From: Octopus sinensis
Taxonomy: Eukaryota
NCBI RefSeq assembly: GCF_006345805.1
Contig: NC_043000.1
Span: forward strand, 76,570,001-76,634,000
Direction of reading: 5' to 3'
DNA length: 64,000 nucleotides
Shown here: one piece after another, positions 39,652 to 53,110 of the stretch
How the letters are laid out: every line of letters starts with the position of its first letter
How positions within the stretch are numbered: the first letter of the stretch is position 1
Made by a program: the position numbers and the translations under genes
The notes under the pieces: generated by a model
The model's database searches: none
Told to the model about the DNA's origin: nothing
What the model saw: the letters and a program-made list of their open reading frames with translations, nothing else

Positions 39652-40638
39652 GGTAAGCAAGCTACTTACCACACAGACGCCTATATTTTACATATATTTT
39701 GTGAAGTTTTTCTGTGTTTGCATTCGTTGCAACGAATGGCTTTCAGTTTAAACCCAGCTCAGGCCAGAATGAGCCATTCTGTATTTTTATAGAAGATTTA
39801 GGACAACATTATTTAACGTGTCCTCCATTTTTAAAATGTTAGAGCATAGTGTGAGGGAGATTTGGCAGTTTTTCTAGCAAATTGAACAACCACACAAAGA
39901 TTACCTCATTGGCTCATTTGCTGAGGTGTATAAGTAAACAAAAACTAAAGGAAATGAATTGTCATCTGTTTCTAGGATGGTCTTTCCAGTTTTATGATCA
40001 ACTGAACTGGTTACACATTCAACTAGTACTTATTTTATCAACCCTAAAAATAAAATAAGTACCAGCTGAATAATAAATAGGATCTAAAAGGGTAAAACTT
40101 CATTTAATTTAGAAAATTTGAAAAAATAACATCTGTGCCTGTCTGTCTCTGTTATACTGCGATGTTTATACAGTTTCTTGGCATATGATGGTGAGTGGAA
40201 TATGTGAACTTAGCACACAACCGCACACCTACACTTCAAGCACAGTATTGACAAAGCATTGATGACTCATCGTCTCAGTAATGCTAAGCTTCAGGGACAC
40301 ATTGACTCAGCTGGATTTATGGTTTCACTAGGTTAATTCTATTCATAAACATTTAAATTAGGAGTATTTTTTAAACCGTTAGCTTCACATTTCCACAGCT
40401 TAACTGAAATTTAGCCCATGTAACAGGAACTAAGAGGGATATCGTGGAACAAAGAAACTATGTGTGATACAGATAATTTGACATTATTTTTGAATTCTGC
40501 ATGCAAAAACATGCAAGAAACAGGTATTCTTTTTCTCGGGACAAATTCTTTGTTGACCAGTGTTATTCTTATCGTAGTTTACAAATCCAAGCACGAAAAC
40601 GTTACCCAATTTTGGAGTTTTGGAGACAGACGCCTCCT

Positions 40639-40689
<51 letters not shown>

Positions 40690-41296
40690 ACACACACACA
40701 CACATACTAACACACACACGCGTGAATGCATAAATGTACATAACTGAATACATACATATACATGCACTTATATATTAATGATGTACGCAAATACATGACA
40801 GGTATACAAAATGCTGACATACACATAAAGTAAACTCATGCAGACAAATATATTAATATAACAAATTTAAAAAGCATAATAAAACATACAGAACATTATA
40901 GAAATCAATGAAGAGACAAAAGAAACAGTAAGATGATTCATGTCGATTTTATTAGGTATTTCTGTTTATTTAGAAACCTACAATGAACCGGTCATTTCAC
41001 AGATGTTAAACTATAAATTTCACAGGGTACAATCTTAAAGTTGACACCGTTAAACGCAGAAAATTTCTGTCTCGCTATTGGCTAAAATACAGATTTTTTT
41101 CGATTTTTAAACCTCTTTAACTTTTTCCTCTAGTTTTTGTCTCCACAACATTATGCCTTCATAGCAATAAGAGTAGAAAACTACATTAATATAGCCGATT
41201 TTCAGATTTTTTACTTTCTTTTGAAAATGCAGATTTTGTGAATCAGTTTAACTAGATCCTATATATATCTATATATATGAAACTGAGTATGTGTGT

Positions 41297-41337
<41 letters not shown>

Positions 41338-41629
41338 TGTGTGTGTGTGTGTCTGTGTATGTGTGCATCACTATAACTCAAGAACTGTCCAACCTATTTC
41401 ATTCAAATTTGAAACAGACCTTAATTAGGGTCCATGCAGTATCATGGGTTGGAAATATGTTCACCTCCTTGCCTAATACGAACCCAGAGCAATCTCATCT
41501 CTTACACTATTTCAGTATTACGGGTCAAAAGTGAAGCAATAACATCTCTATTTTACGTGAGATAATACTTTCAGCTTGATAGCGAAACTATTCATACTTT
41601 CACTATGCATTTAAATATATATATATTTA

Positions 41630-41668
<39 letters not shown>

Positions 41669-41753
41669 TAATTTCATTTCTATTACTTTCACTATGATAT
41701 TTTTATATATGTATATATATGCATATATATGTATGTATATGTATGTATACATA

Positions 41754-41838
<85 letters not shown>

Positions 41839-41971
41839 ATATATATATATATAATATATAATATATATATATATATATTATATATATATATGCATATTTA
41901 TGTATAAGTATATATATGTATGTATATGTATAGATATGTATATATGTATATACATATATAGAGTCTGTCTA

Positions 41972-42006
<35 letters not shown>

Positions 42007-42120
42007 AGTTGTGTGTGTATATATATATATATGAATATATACATGTGTAGATATATATTCATACATATATATTATATATATATATGGATGTATATACATA
42101 TATACATATGGAAATCTATA

Positions 42121-42171
<51 letters not shown>

Positions 42172-42371
42172 TATATATATTAATAATAATACCTTAAAGT
42201 TAATTAATTCATTAATCAATTAATTGATAATTCTACCAAGTAGATCGGTAGGTTAAATAACATTTAACGTACCGATCTTCTTGGTAAAATTATATATATA
42301 TATATATATTATATATATATATTATATATATATATATATCTATACAATATGTTACATTACTCGGTACTCAA

Positions 42372-42432
42372 GATAAAACTCTGAGTTTCAGATGCTGAAG
42401 TGGAAATCCACAACACCATCTCTTCGGTTATC
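42372..42432 (-). ncRNA. Hammerhead motif, mirror copy of 43501-43561
   Basis: Reverse complement of the motif at 43501. Confidence 0.6.
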
Positions 42433-43500
42433 TGGCTATTTGAAAACGTTATGAAAAAATACCGTTTAAAATGAAGGGAAAGTACTCTGTTATAACTCTG
42501 CTTTGCCTGCGTACTTATACATCGCTCGCATTTTTCGTCATAAAAATTATATAAAAATACATAAAAATATATAAAAATATATAAAAATATAAATTCTTTT
42601 TGGGACATAACACAGAAAGCATGTTCTATCCGTTTTCTTTAGGGGACCAAAAACGTAACAGAAATTTAGTCACATGTGGGCATGATCCGAAAAGCTCTGT
42701 CCTTGTATTTAGACATGTGGTAGGGTCTAAGCTGCTTTTCCAGATAAGCCATCTCTCCATGTCGCATAAACAGCACCTTCCGCTGCCGTTAGTATAGGGC
42801 TTACATCTGGCCAAAATCTTCCATTGTATGTTATAATCGACACCTTTATCTCTTAAAGACCAAATATGATTGGATAATTGTGTCGCTTTTCTTTTGTTCC
42901 AGTGCCTAAAGCTCAAAGTGTGGTTATTGAACCTGGCCTTGAAATTACCCTCTGTAACGAAGAAATACGTGGGCCTTACAGAGGGTAATATCAAGGCCAG
43001 GTTCAATAACCACACTTTGAGCTTTAGGCACTGGAACAAAAGAAAAGCGACACAATTATCCAATCATATTTGGTCTTTAAGAGATAAAGGTGTCGATTAT
43101 AACATACAATGGAAGATTTTGGCCAGATGTAAGCCCTATACTAACGGCAGCGGAAGGTGCGGTTTATGCGACATGGAGAGATGGCTTATCTGGAAAAGCA
43201 GCTTAGACCCTACCACATGTCTAAATACAAGGACAGAGCTTTTCGGATCATGCCCACATGTGACTAAATTTCTGTTACGTTTTTGGTCCCCTAAAGAAAA
43301 CGGATAGAACATGCTTTCTGTGTTATGTCCCAAGAAGAATTTATATTTTTATATATTTTTATATATTTTTATGTATTTTTATATAATTTTTATGACGAAA
43401 AATGCGAGCGATGTATAAGTACGCAGGCAAAGCAGAGTTATAACAGAGTAATTTCCCTTCATTTTTAACGGTATTTTTTCATAACGTTTTCAAATAGCCA

Positions 43501-43561
43501 GATAACCGAAGAGATGGTGTTGTGGATTTCCACTTCAGCATCTGAAACTCAGAGTTTTATC
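43501..43561 (+). ncRNA. Type I hammerhead motif with extended stem II (variant core)
   Basis: GATAA CCGAAGA GATG..GTGGA tt TCCAC..CATC t GAAA CTCAGAGT T TTATC. Confidence 0.6.
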
Positions 43562-43669
43562 TTGACTACCGAGTAATGTAACATATTGTATAGATAAATT
43601 TCCTCTATTTACATAATATTGAGGTCTCTTTCTTCTTTTGTTATCTTACCGTTTTATCAATACATATAT

Positions 43670-43702
<33 letters not shown>

Positions 43703-43703
<1 letters not shown>

Positions 43704-46495
43704 CACTCCTTTTCACTTGATGCCAAGGACATATTTTCCAATGGCTACTGTGAATCGGTATCACTATTCAGCAAGGCCAAGGACATAATCATTGTTGGTC
43801 TTTACAGGCCTCCCCAAGCACCTCTAAAGTGCTTTGAAGAGTGCCTTAGCAAAGTCAAGTCCTTCCTTCGGAAGTACCACTCCGGAAACATACTAGCGAT
43901 GGGTGATTTTAACCGCCCTCATGTGAACTGGCCCACAAATACTCTGAAGTTAGACAAATGCTCTACATCTGATAGAGCAGCAGCAGAGCTGCTCTTTAAT
44001 CTAATGGATGAATACTTCCTGACTCAGCTAGTGCTCGAACCAACGAGACAGAATAAAACGATCTTGGATCTGGTATTAACCAATCACTCTAGCTTCGTTC
44101 ACAGTTTTTCAGTTGAAAAATCTCTCCTCTCAGACCACGACATGATACTCTGCAATTTTAATTTCCGATATATAAAAACCAAACCAGCCAATCCCACTCC
44201 ATGGCATCCATTTGACAACATAAACTTCCACAAAGCGGACTGGGGAGCAATCAGAAAAGATCTGTCTTTTATCGACTGGTCTTTTACTCTCAATTCCACC
44301 CATATTGAGACCGCATGGCAGCACTTTGAAAACATTGTCACCTATACATGCTCTAAACACGCTCCCACGAAATCTACTAACACATACAGAAACCGGCTCC
44401 CTAAAAAGAAAAAAAAACACTCATCAGGCGCATCAAAAGACTCAACAAAAAAATCAACCAATTAAAATATTCCCACACACAACATCCACATTCAACAACA
44501 ATGAAAAGGCTAGAGCTGGAAAAACTTCATCTGCAGACCGACATGAAAACCTCCATTGAAAATCAAAGAACTGTGGAGGAACAGTGGGTAATCAAAAACA
44601 TCAAACAGAACCCAAAAGTGTTCTATTCTTATGCAAATAAGTATAGAACCACTGTCTCACCCATTGGGCCATTGATTGATGATAACGGCATTCCCCAACA
44701 CGATGCTAAAGAAATGGCAGAAATACTGCAGAAACAATACTGCTCTGTCTTTAGTGTTCCCACTGATATTGACGTAAGAGAAGCGAACGAAGTTGACTCC
44801 CAACATAAAATCTCAGACATAACCTTCACTGCCACTGACATCGTAGCAGCAATAGATGAGGTGAAATACTACTCTGCTGTAGGCCCTGATAGATTTCCCG
44901 CTAGTCTCCTGAAGGAATGTAAACACCAACTTGCAGTCCCTCTGACCAACCTCTGGAGAAATTCGTTAGACGCAGGTTATATACCGAAACAGTTTTTATC
45001 CCAGTCAGTCATCCCGGTTTTCAAACAGGGAAACAGATCCCTCGCACTCAACTATCGCCCAATCTCACTCACCTCCCACATCATTAAAGTGTTTGAAAGA
45101 GTGTTAAGATCAAGGATAGCTGACTTGCTGGAGACCCACAAACTCCTAAATGCAAATCAGCATGGCTTTCGCTGTGGCAGGGACTGTCTAACACAGCTCT
45201 AACACCACATTGAAGATGTACTCAAAGCCTTGGGAACATGTTCGAATTCTGACGTCATATATCTTGACTTCGACAGGGTAGACCATAATATCCTACTCTC
45301 AAAATTGGCAAATGTTGGAATTCGTGGAAAAGTTCTACACTGGATTAAGTATTTCCTGGCGAATAGAACACAACATGTTGTAGTTGATGGAGTCCACTCA
45401 AGCCCAGCAAAAGTCACCAGCGGTGTCCCTAAGGGGACTGTCTTGGCTTCGCTACTCTTCATACTTTACATAAACGACCTTTCCAGTGTCGTACATTACT
45501 GCAAAGTGAAAATATTTGCTGATGACACTAAGCTCCAGCAAATCGTCAATGAAGAAGCAGACCGAACTCAACTCCAGTCTGATCTATATGCTGTGAGTCA
45601 ATGGGCAGACAGAAACAAAATGCAACTGAACGAGGGAAAATTTGAGCTGATGCATTTTGAAAGAAGTTCCTCACTAAAACAGCCATACTCTCTTCCTTCA
45701 GGGGAACCGCTCACAGCCTCTAACAATATCAGAGACCTGGGTGTAATTGTTGACGACGATCTCAGTTGGAGTGCACACATCAACAAGAAGGTCGATATAG
45801 CTCGTAGGTTGAGTTCCTGGATCTTAAGAACTTTCCGGTCCAGAGAACAAGGTGTCATCATACCACTTTTCTCCTCCTTTGTACGGCCACACCTCGAATA
45901 CTGCTGCCCACTGTGGTCTCCCCATACAAGACAAAACATCTCGAGGATTGAGTCACCCCAGAGGGCACTCACTAAATGAATTGAAGGCATTGCTGCTCTC
46001 GATTATTGGGATCGCCTTAAAGCCTTGAAACTTTACTCCCTCCAGCGTCGCCGTGAGCGGTACATCATTTGTACGATGTGGAGAATATACCGCCAACTTT
46101 GCCCAAACGACCTGAACATTAGCTTCAATGTTCATCCAAGACTGGGACCACGGGCCATACGTCCCCTGCCCAATTCAAGATCACAGCATACATGTACACT
46201 GCAACATAATTTCTTTTCCTCAACAGGCCCTGCCCTATTTAACATTGTCCTGAAAGAGATCAAAGAGGAAAAGGATCCCATCAGCTTTAAACGGAGTCTG
46301 GATAGATTCCTTCAAAGAATACCCGATAAGCCACCCATAATTGGATACAACTCACCCAACAAGAACTCACTACTTGAATGGACCATAAACAAAACTTGAC
46401 TTAAACAGGATTCGAATAATCCTATCAGGTGGTGCTATTAAGTTAGACATGGCCTAGACCAATCTTTGGTCGAAACATATCTAAGTTTTATCTAA

Positions 46496-46500
<5 letters not shown>
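43703..46500 (+). mobile_element. 5'-truncated CR1/L2-like LINE (APE C-term + RT), disrupted
   Basis: IVGLYRPP, AMGDFN, LDLVLTN, SDHDMI; RT NYRPISLTS, QHGFR, VPKGTVL, IFADDTKL, VRPHLEYC; 3' stem-loop GACCAA-tct-TTGGTC and an (ATCTAAGTTTT)2 tail. Confidence 0.9.
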
Positions 46501-46547
<47 letters not shown>

Positions 46548-46567
46548 TATATATATATATATATAAT

Positions 46568-46614
<47 letters not shown>

Positions 46615-46619
<5 letters not shown>

Positions 46620-46980
46620 TATGTGTATGTATATTAGTAGATAAGGCCGACCAAAACCTTGCGAGTGGATTTCGTACACGGAAACCGAAAGAAGACTGTC
46701 GTATATATGTGTAAATTTGTGCGTGTGTGTGTATTAGGCTTACAAAGAATAAATCCTGCGATCGATTTGTTCGATCAATGGCGGTGCTCCAGCATGGCCG
46801 CAGTCACATGACTGAAACATGTAATACAATAAAAAAAACTATTTCATTTTAATCCCGATCAATGCCGGTGTTTCTGTTTGTATATATATATATTCGATGG
46901 ACTTCTTTCAGTTTCTCTCTACCAAATCCACTCGCAAGGCTTTGGTCGGCCCGAGGCTATAGTAGAAGACACTTGCCCAA
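46615..46980. mobile_element. Two SINE family A fragments in opposite orientation
   Basis: 46615-46830 (+) head end and tail; 46900-46980 (-) head segment. Confidence 0.65.
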
Positions 46981-47189
46981 GTGTATGTATGTATGTATGT
47001 ATGTATGTATGTATGTATGTATGTATGTATGTATGTATGTATATATATATATATATATATATATCAATGCATCTGATTTGGCTTTTTTAACCAGACAATG
47101 TTCTGAAAAGACACCCACAAAGACTGCATATCCGATTTGGACCACCAAGAGCTGCAGATAAATCCTGATCTTTGTGGATCTTAAAATAT

Positions 47190-47450
47190 CTTTTGAGGGT
47201 CCGTTAGATTTGCAAACCTTGTAGAATAGTTGCCTCCTTTCCGCCTCTCTCAGACCCTACGTCTCTGCACCATATAACATTGTCGGCACAATCACACCCT
47301 CATACAACTGAGGAAAGCTTTGGTGGTTAGAGGTATTGGAGTGAGAAAGGCAAGAGAGTTTATAAATGATAGGAAAGCTTCCAAGTGTTTGTGGACGGAT
47401 GTCTTGACCTGAGCATAGGACGGGGCTCGCTGGAAAATGAATGGAATGCC
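47190..47450 (-). mobile_element. Decayed RTE-like LINE fragment
   Basis: Minus strand encodes LYEGVIVPTMLYGAETxGLREAERRQL-like sequence. Confidence 0.55.
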
Positions 47451-48001
47451 TGGTGTGTTTTGTTGAGACTACTCCCTTCTAAAAAATGGGGAATAGGCCT
47501 GGGTATATAAAAAATATATATAACTGAAAAAATTCAGGCCACAACAGACAGAGAGGATGTTCTTGAAGCCGAGGATTTTAAACTTACGGAGACAATATTT
47601 ACATATTATCTGAGGAAACACAACTAGATCTCATAATGCAGAGAAACAGTTGCATAATCAAATACCTACACACCTGGAGAACTACGTTGCTTGGAAACAA
47701 TTGTAGGGATTAAAAAATAAATGTCCAATCGCACCCCTTCTTGTTGACTCCAGTTTTTTTAATTATATATTCCCATACGACTGATGCCCAAACGCAAAGT
47801 ACGTATAGTACTACTACTGGATATTACAGAGTAAATCTGAAGGTGGACGAGCTTTATACTATACTCTATTACGTTCTTAACGAACATACCATAACTATAA
47901 CTATTTACACACACACACACACACACACACTCACACACACACACACACACATACGCACGCACGCACACACACTCACACACATACACACATATATATATAT
48001 A

Positions 48002-48274
48002 TGGGGGTTGGGCAAAATATTGGAAACACCTAGCATCATAGCATCATAATTTTGAAATACTCTCACTCTTTTACTCTTTTACTCTTTTACTTGTTTCAGC
48101 CATTTGACTGCAGCCATGCTGGAACACCGCCTTTAGTCGAGCAAATCGACCCCGGGACTTATTCTTTGTAAGCCCAGTACTTATTCTATCGGTCTCTTTT
48201 GCCGAACCGCTAAGTGACGGGGACGTAAACACACCAGCATCGGTTGTCACGCAATGCTAGGGGGACAAACACAA

Positions 48275-48307
<33 letters not shown>

Positions 48308-49648
48308 CATATATACGACAGGCTTCTTTCAGTTTCCGTCTACCAAATCTACTCACAAGGCATTGGTCGGCCCGGGGCTATAACAGAAGACACTTGCCCA
48401 AGATGCCACGCAGTGGGACTGAACCTGGAACCATGTGGTTGGTTAGCAAGTTACTTACCACACAGCCACTCCTGCAACCAAAAACTTGTTTATTTTAAAG
48501 TTTTTTTTTATTTATTATTAGTGCTTTGCTTAAACTGATGTTTATTTTCCGATATCATCAGAAAAAGGTAATTAAAATTCATTAAAATGACAGATCTATC
48601 GGACTTTCAAAGAGGTCGTATGGTAGGCGCTACGGTAACGAAGACAACCGAAATGTTTGTTGTATCAAGAAGTACTGTCTCGAAAGTAATGGCAGCTTTT
48701 GAGAAAGAGGGAAAACCTCCTCGTCGAAACAAAGCTCCGGAAGAAAACCAAAACTTTCAGATAGGGACCACCGGACTTACGCGAATTGTTAGAAAGTCTC
48801 ACAAGATTACAGCTCCCAAAATTACTGCAGACCACGTCGAGAACCCAGTTTCCACAAAAACTGTTCGCTGGGAACTGCACAAAGCTGGATTTCATGGGAA
48901 GGCTGCAATCAGAAAACCACTACTTTCAAAAACAAACGTTGCAAAGCATTTAGATTGGTTTAAAAATCCTACAGAATTGATCCCTAGAGCAGTGGAAGAA
49001 TGTTATTTTCTTGGACGAGTCATTCTTTACCTTATTTCCGACCACCGACCGAGTAACGTGTGGATACAGCCAAAAGAAGCATTTGACCTAGATTGCCTTC
49101 TTCCAACTGTTAAACATGGAGGAGGATCTGTGATGATCTGGAAGTGCGTGTGTGTGTGGCAATATCTTGGAAATCCGCTGGCCCAATAATTTCCCTTCAT
49201 AGCAGAATTAATAGTCAAGACTATTTAAGCATTTTATCTGATCAAATTCACCCTATGGTTGCGGAACTGTTTCAGGAAGGAAACGCAATCTTTCAGGATG
49301 ATATTGCACCAATTCACACAACTAAAGTTATTACTGAATAGCACGAGGAACATTCTGGTGAAGTTGAACATATTATCTGGCCACCATAGTCCCCAGACCT
49401 CAATATTATTGAACATTTATTGTGCATTTTAGAAAAACAAGTAAGGAGTCGATATCCTCCACCATCATCACTACAAGTACTGGAGACTATTTTAGCTGGA
49501 GAATGGACAAAAATTCCTTTGGAAACAATTCAAACTTTGTACGAGTCCATACTGCGTAGAAGTCAAGCAGTAATCCCTGGTCCTATCCCATGTTAGAATA
49601 AATTTGTTTGAAATTTTAAGGTGCTTCCATTAATTTGCCCAGCCCATG
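48002..49648 (+). mobile_element. Tc1-like transposon, decayed, carrying a SINE insertion (about 48066-48470, minus)
   Basis: TIRs ggggttgggcaaaatattggaaacacc / ggtgcttccattaatttgcccagccc; MTDLSDFQRGRMVGA, TVKHGGGSVMIW, FQDDIAPIH, SPDLNIIEHL. Confidence 0.9.
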
Positions 49649-49657
49649 TATATATAT

Positions 49658-49849
49658 ACTCTTTTACTTGTTTCAGTCATTTGACTGCGGCCATGCTGGA
49701 GCACCGCCTTTAGTCGATCTAATCGACCCCGGGACTTATTCTTTGTAAGCCTAGTTCTTTTTCTATCGGTCTCTTTTGCCGAACCGCTAAATGACAGGGA
49801 CATAAACACACCAGCATCGGTTGTCAAGCAATGCTAGAGAGACAAACAC

Positions 49850-49903
<54 letters not shown>

Positions 49904-50020
49904 AGACACACATATATATATATACATATATATGACACTTTCAGTTTCCGCCTACCAAATCCATTCACAAGGCTTTGGTTGGCCCGAGGCTATAGTAGAA
50001 GGGACTTGCCCAAGATGCCA
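49658..50020 (-). mobile_element. SINE family A copy, 5' truncated
   Basis: Tail, (CA)n and partial head as in other copies. Confidence 0.75.
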
Positions 50021-50021
50021 C

Positions 50022-50247
50022 TAACGGATTTCCACCTCTTTCGATCTCTTTCAAATGCAATGCGCGGAGGATCAATTTTCCGAGTCGAAATCGGGTGATT
50101 TCTACCAACGAGAGATTGAAAAATCTTGTTGAATGTTGGGAAGAAGTTGGATATATTATTGATTAATTAGTTGATATTTCCTTTATTAAACCCTTTAAAT
50201 AATTTAAATTAAAAAAAAAACCGTGGGAACTTAGTTGCCAACCCAAT
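50022..50247 (+). mobile_element. Mariner 3' end fragment (third family)
   Basis: TDFHLFRSLSNAMRG remnant and terminal gggaacttagttgccaacccaata TIR. Confidence 0.75.
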
Positions 50248-50373
50248 ATGTGTGTGTGCGCGCGCGTATGTATGTATACATGTGTGTGTGTGTGCGTATG
50301 TATCTGTTATATGTATAAACATATCTATACCTATATATAAACACTCATACATAGATATATATGCATGCGCGCG

Positions 50374-50422
<49 letters not shown>

Positions 50423-51097
50423 ACACACACACACACACATACACATATATATTTAACAAACCATTCATAAGCTATGAACTCCTAAATTACTATATCTCTT
50501 GCCAGAAGTATACAGTCATACACTCGCATATGGCATAATGACAATGACTATTAAAGCAGACAACAGAGGGAGGGCAAGTTTGACAAATATGGTGTCAATT
50601 CAATGCTTTACTGAAGAGTGATAGCGACAAGGAGAGAGCGCGAAAGAGAGTTTTAACGGACATTTATTTTTCATTAGAGAAAAAGGAAGACAGACAGAAA
50701 GAGAAGTGAGAACGAAAAACAATCAATGAAACAAGGGAAGATTAAGAGTTAAACCCTGGTGGTGAGATAAAGAGTGAGTAGCAATAAAGGAGAAGCGATA
50801 TGTGTAAGTGAAGAAAGGATATGGTGTGATTCAAATCTGTCGACCAAAGCAAGGTATGCTGAAGAAGAATGTATGTGTGTATAAGTGTATGCTTGTATAT
50901 GTGTGTAGTATAACATATACACACATACAGAAACACACAGACGCACAAACACGCATGCATATGTATTCATACACATCACTAGATATATTTGCATACACCG
51001 CTTCCTGTGTTTTATATTTGTTAATTAATACTTGTTTGTTAATTCATATTTGTTTGTTAATTTATATTTGTTTATTTTTATTTATGTTCGTTAATAG

Positions 51098-51222
51098 ATA
51101 CAAGTGATGAAGAAAAACAAGCTGTAGTATTGTCAGCTCGTGTCCATCCTGGAGAATCTCAGTCAAGCTGGATGATGAAAGGAATCCTGTATTTTCTGAC
51201 TAGTCCTCATGTGGCAGCACAG
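51098..51222 (+). CDS. AGBL2/3: CCP2/3-like exon with zinc-binding ARVHPGE motif
   Basis: gttaatag|...|gtgagg; TSDEEKQAVVLSARVHPGESQSSWMMKGILYFLTSPHVAAQ, containing the His/Glu zinc ligands of M14 carboxypeptidases. Confidence 0.97.
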
Positions 51223-51951
51223 GTGAGGTTCCGTAATGATATGGCTAAAACCTGCTATTCACTTACACACGCGCGCGTGCGTAGCAGTGGAATCTCCGGT
51301 GTTCTCGGTCCCCGGTCCATATTCCTGCTCACCGCTACCGGAGCGGAGATGGCTATGGACAAGTGCGAGCCCCGTGTCAGTGGCTGATCTAGCGCACGTC
51401 CCTCGCCATCTTCTGCACAATGCTTTTTCCATTTTGTCCGCTGGAAACATGAGACGGACTGAATTACAGGAAATCAGGTGAATGTAAGAATTTCGTAGCT
51501 TGCTACGAAAGCAATAAATTTATACATATTCATAATATAATATAATTTTAGAATTATTTATTTTAAACAAATAATTTGAGTAATTATATTTAAGGATGAT
51601 AGGTTATAGTATTTTTGACAGATGCTAGTGGTGCGTGGAGAAATCTATGGTTATTTATCATGAAAGAGAATCCATTACATTTTTAAAGAATAAAAAATAT
51701 ATTTATTGTTAATACTGTCTCTAGATAAGATGGTTTTACTAGTCGAATATCTGTCTATTTATAAATTAATAACATTTTAGCAGTGTAAAAGTCGGTTTGC
51801 GAGTAGGACAATTAACAGTGCATATTACCAGGTTTATGCCACATACAAATCAAAAGGCCTAGTATTCGGTGACACGAGAATATTAATATTAAAGATGAAT
51901 TAATATATAAATCAATATTCTCATGTATTTAACTGGTTTTGGTTTTTGCAG

Positions 51952-52140
51952 GAATTACGTAAGAAGTTCATCTTTAAAATAGTTCCCATGTTAAACCCAG
52001 ATGGGGTTATAATCGGCAACTATCGGTGTTCATTAGTCGGACGTGATTTGAACAGGAATTTTAGGCACCCCATTAAAAGTAGTTGCCCCACGGTATGGTA
52101 CCTGAAGTCTATGATCGAGAAACTCGGCCAAAATCACCAA
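51952..52140 (+). CDS. AGBL2/3: CCP2/3-like exon (PMLNPDG, GRDLNR)
   Basis: tttttgcag|...|gtaagt; [63 protein letters not shown]. Confidence 0.97.
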
Positions 52141-52259
52141 GTAAGTATTTCTTCGCAATTACAACAAACCCAAACCCTTTTCCTTACCCTAACCTAATAA
52201 ATATTTTCCTAATTTAATAAATGACACAATTACACCGCGGTACGCGGCATGCCTAGTCC

Positions 52260-52620
52260 TTCATGCAACTGATATTGACAGCTAATGGACCGTCTAGCCC
52301 GCGGAACTTGTTCTCACCGCGGGAAGCAGAAGAGCAACAGCTCCGTTTTGGTCAGCTATGAAGCGGGGAAAGATACGACAGTCAGATAATAATATATGAC
52401 GGATGCAATGTAAGTATTCGCCGCCTTCACCCGGCCATTCAGAGGTTATTTCCTCTCTGCTCATTTCTGGTGGAGACTAACCACCCTGCTTGTCATCTCT
52501 TCGCAGTTCTTGCCCACCTGGAGGTCTGGATCAGACCAAGTCCCGAGCAGTTTAGCCAGTCTGTTCGTACATCGCTCCACGACGTTGTTGGATAGCATGG
52601 CCCTATCTCTTCAGGTACCG
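52260..52620 (-). mobile_element. Decayed Tx1/L1-like RT C-terminal remnant
   Basis: Minus strand LGTWSDPDLQVGKN...LNGRVKAANTYIASVIYY, resembling the LGVWFGPDL...LxGR region of this clade. Confidence 0.5.
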
Positions 52621-53029
52621 AGCCACAGACGTACTGAATTCTAATTAATTTTTCTCTCTTGATAATGCCTCATATTCTCTTGGAGTAGTATCGATCACCT
52701 TTGTGTGTTGTATCTGACGCTACTACGGTTTCTGATTTAGGCACAAGGCCTGTAATTTTTGAGGGGATGTCGATACCATCAATTTAACCAAAAATCAAAA
52801 ATTCATTATAATGGACTTATGAATGGTAGAAACGGTCGCGTGTCCAATAAAATAGCGTATAACTACATTTTGAATCCCGGTTCTGTTAAAGGTAATTGTT
52901 TTATCAATTCAATGCCGTTAAAAATAAGGCAAGAGTTTAAGTATAAAGTTAGATTTTGTTGAGATCTCTTTTTCCTCAGAGTATAATGCTTTATTATTAT
53001 TATTGTTGTTGTTGTTGTTGTTGTTATTA

Positions 53030-53109
<80 letters not shown>

Positions 53110-53110
<1 letters not shown>

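Larger units (their letters stand above)
42337..43596. mobile_element. Palindromic PLE insertion (two 621-bp inverted arms, GIY-YIG C-term + 3' UTR + HHR)
   Basis: Arms 42337-42957 and 42976-43596 around an 18-nt loop; ORF KYVGLTEG..KARFNNHTLSF..TQLSNHIWSL..CxLCDMERWLI. Confidence 0.93.

Noticed and set aside
39721-39738. 18-bp perfect palindrome cattcgttgcaacgaatg
   Set aside because: Isolated, with no context suggesting function.
40174-40190. 17-nt micro-exon candidate (cag|...|gtgagt)
   Set aside because: It would frameshift the CCP chain, which is already phase-consistent from 36363 to 51098.
41350-41450. Helentron/HINE-like motif (microsatellite followed by ataactcaagaactgtccaacc...tcaaatttg)
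   Set aside because: Resemblance only; no termini identified.
46457-46480. Hairpin followed by GAAAC resembling an HHR half
   Set aside because: No CUGANGA-like core upstream; explained as the LINE 3' stem-loop.
52235-52257. Helitron-like 3' end (ccgcg gta cgcgg ... CTAG|T)
   Set aside because: Hairpin is short and close to CTAG, and no matching 5' TC end or other copy was seen.
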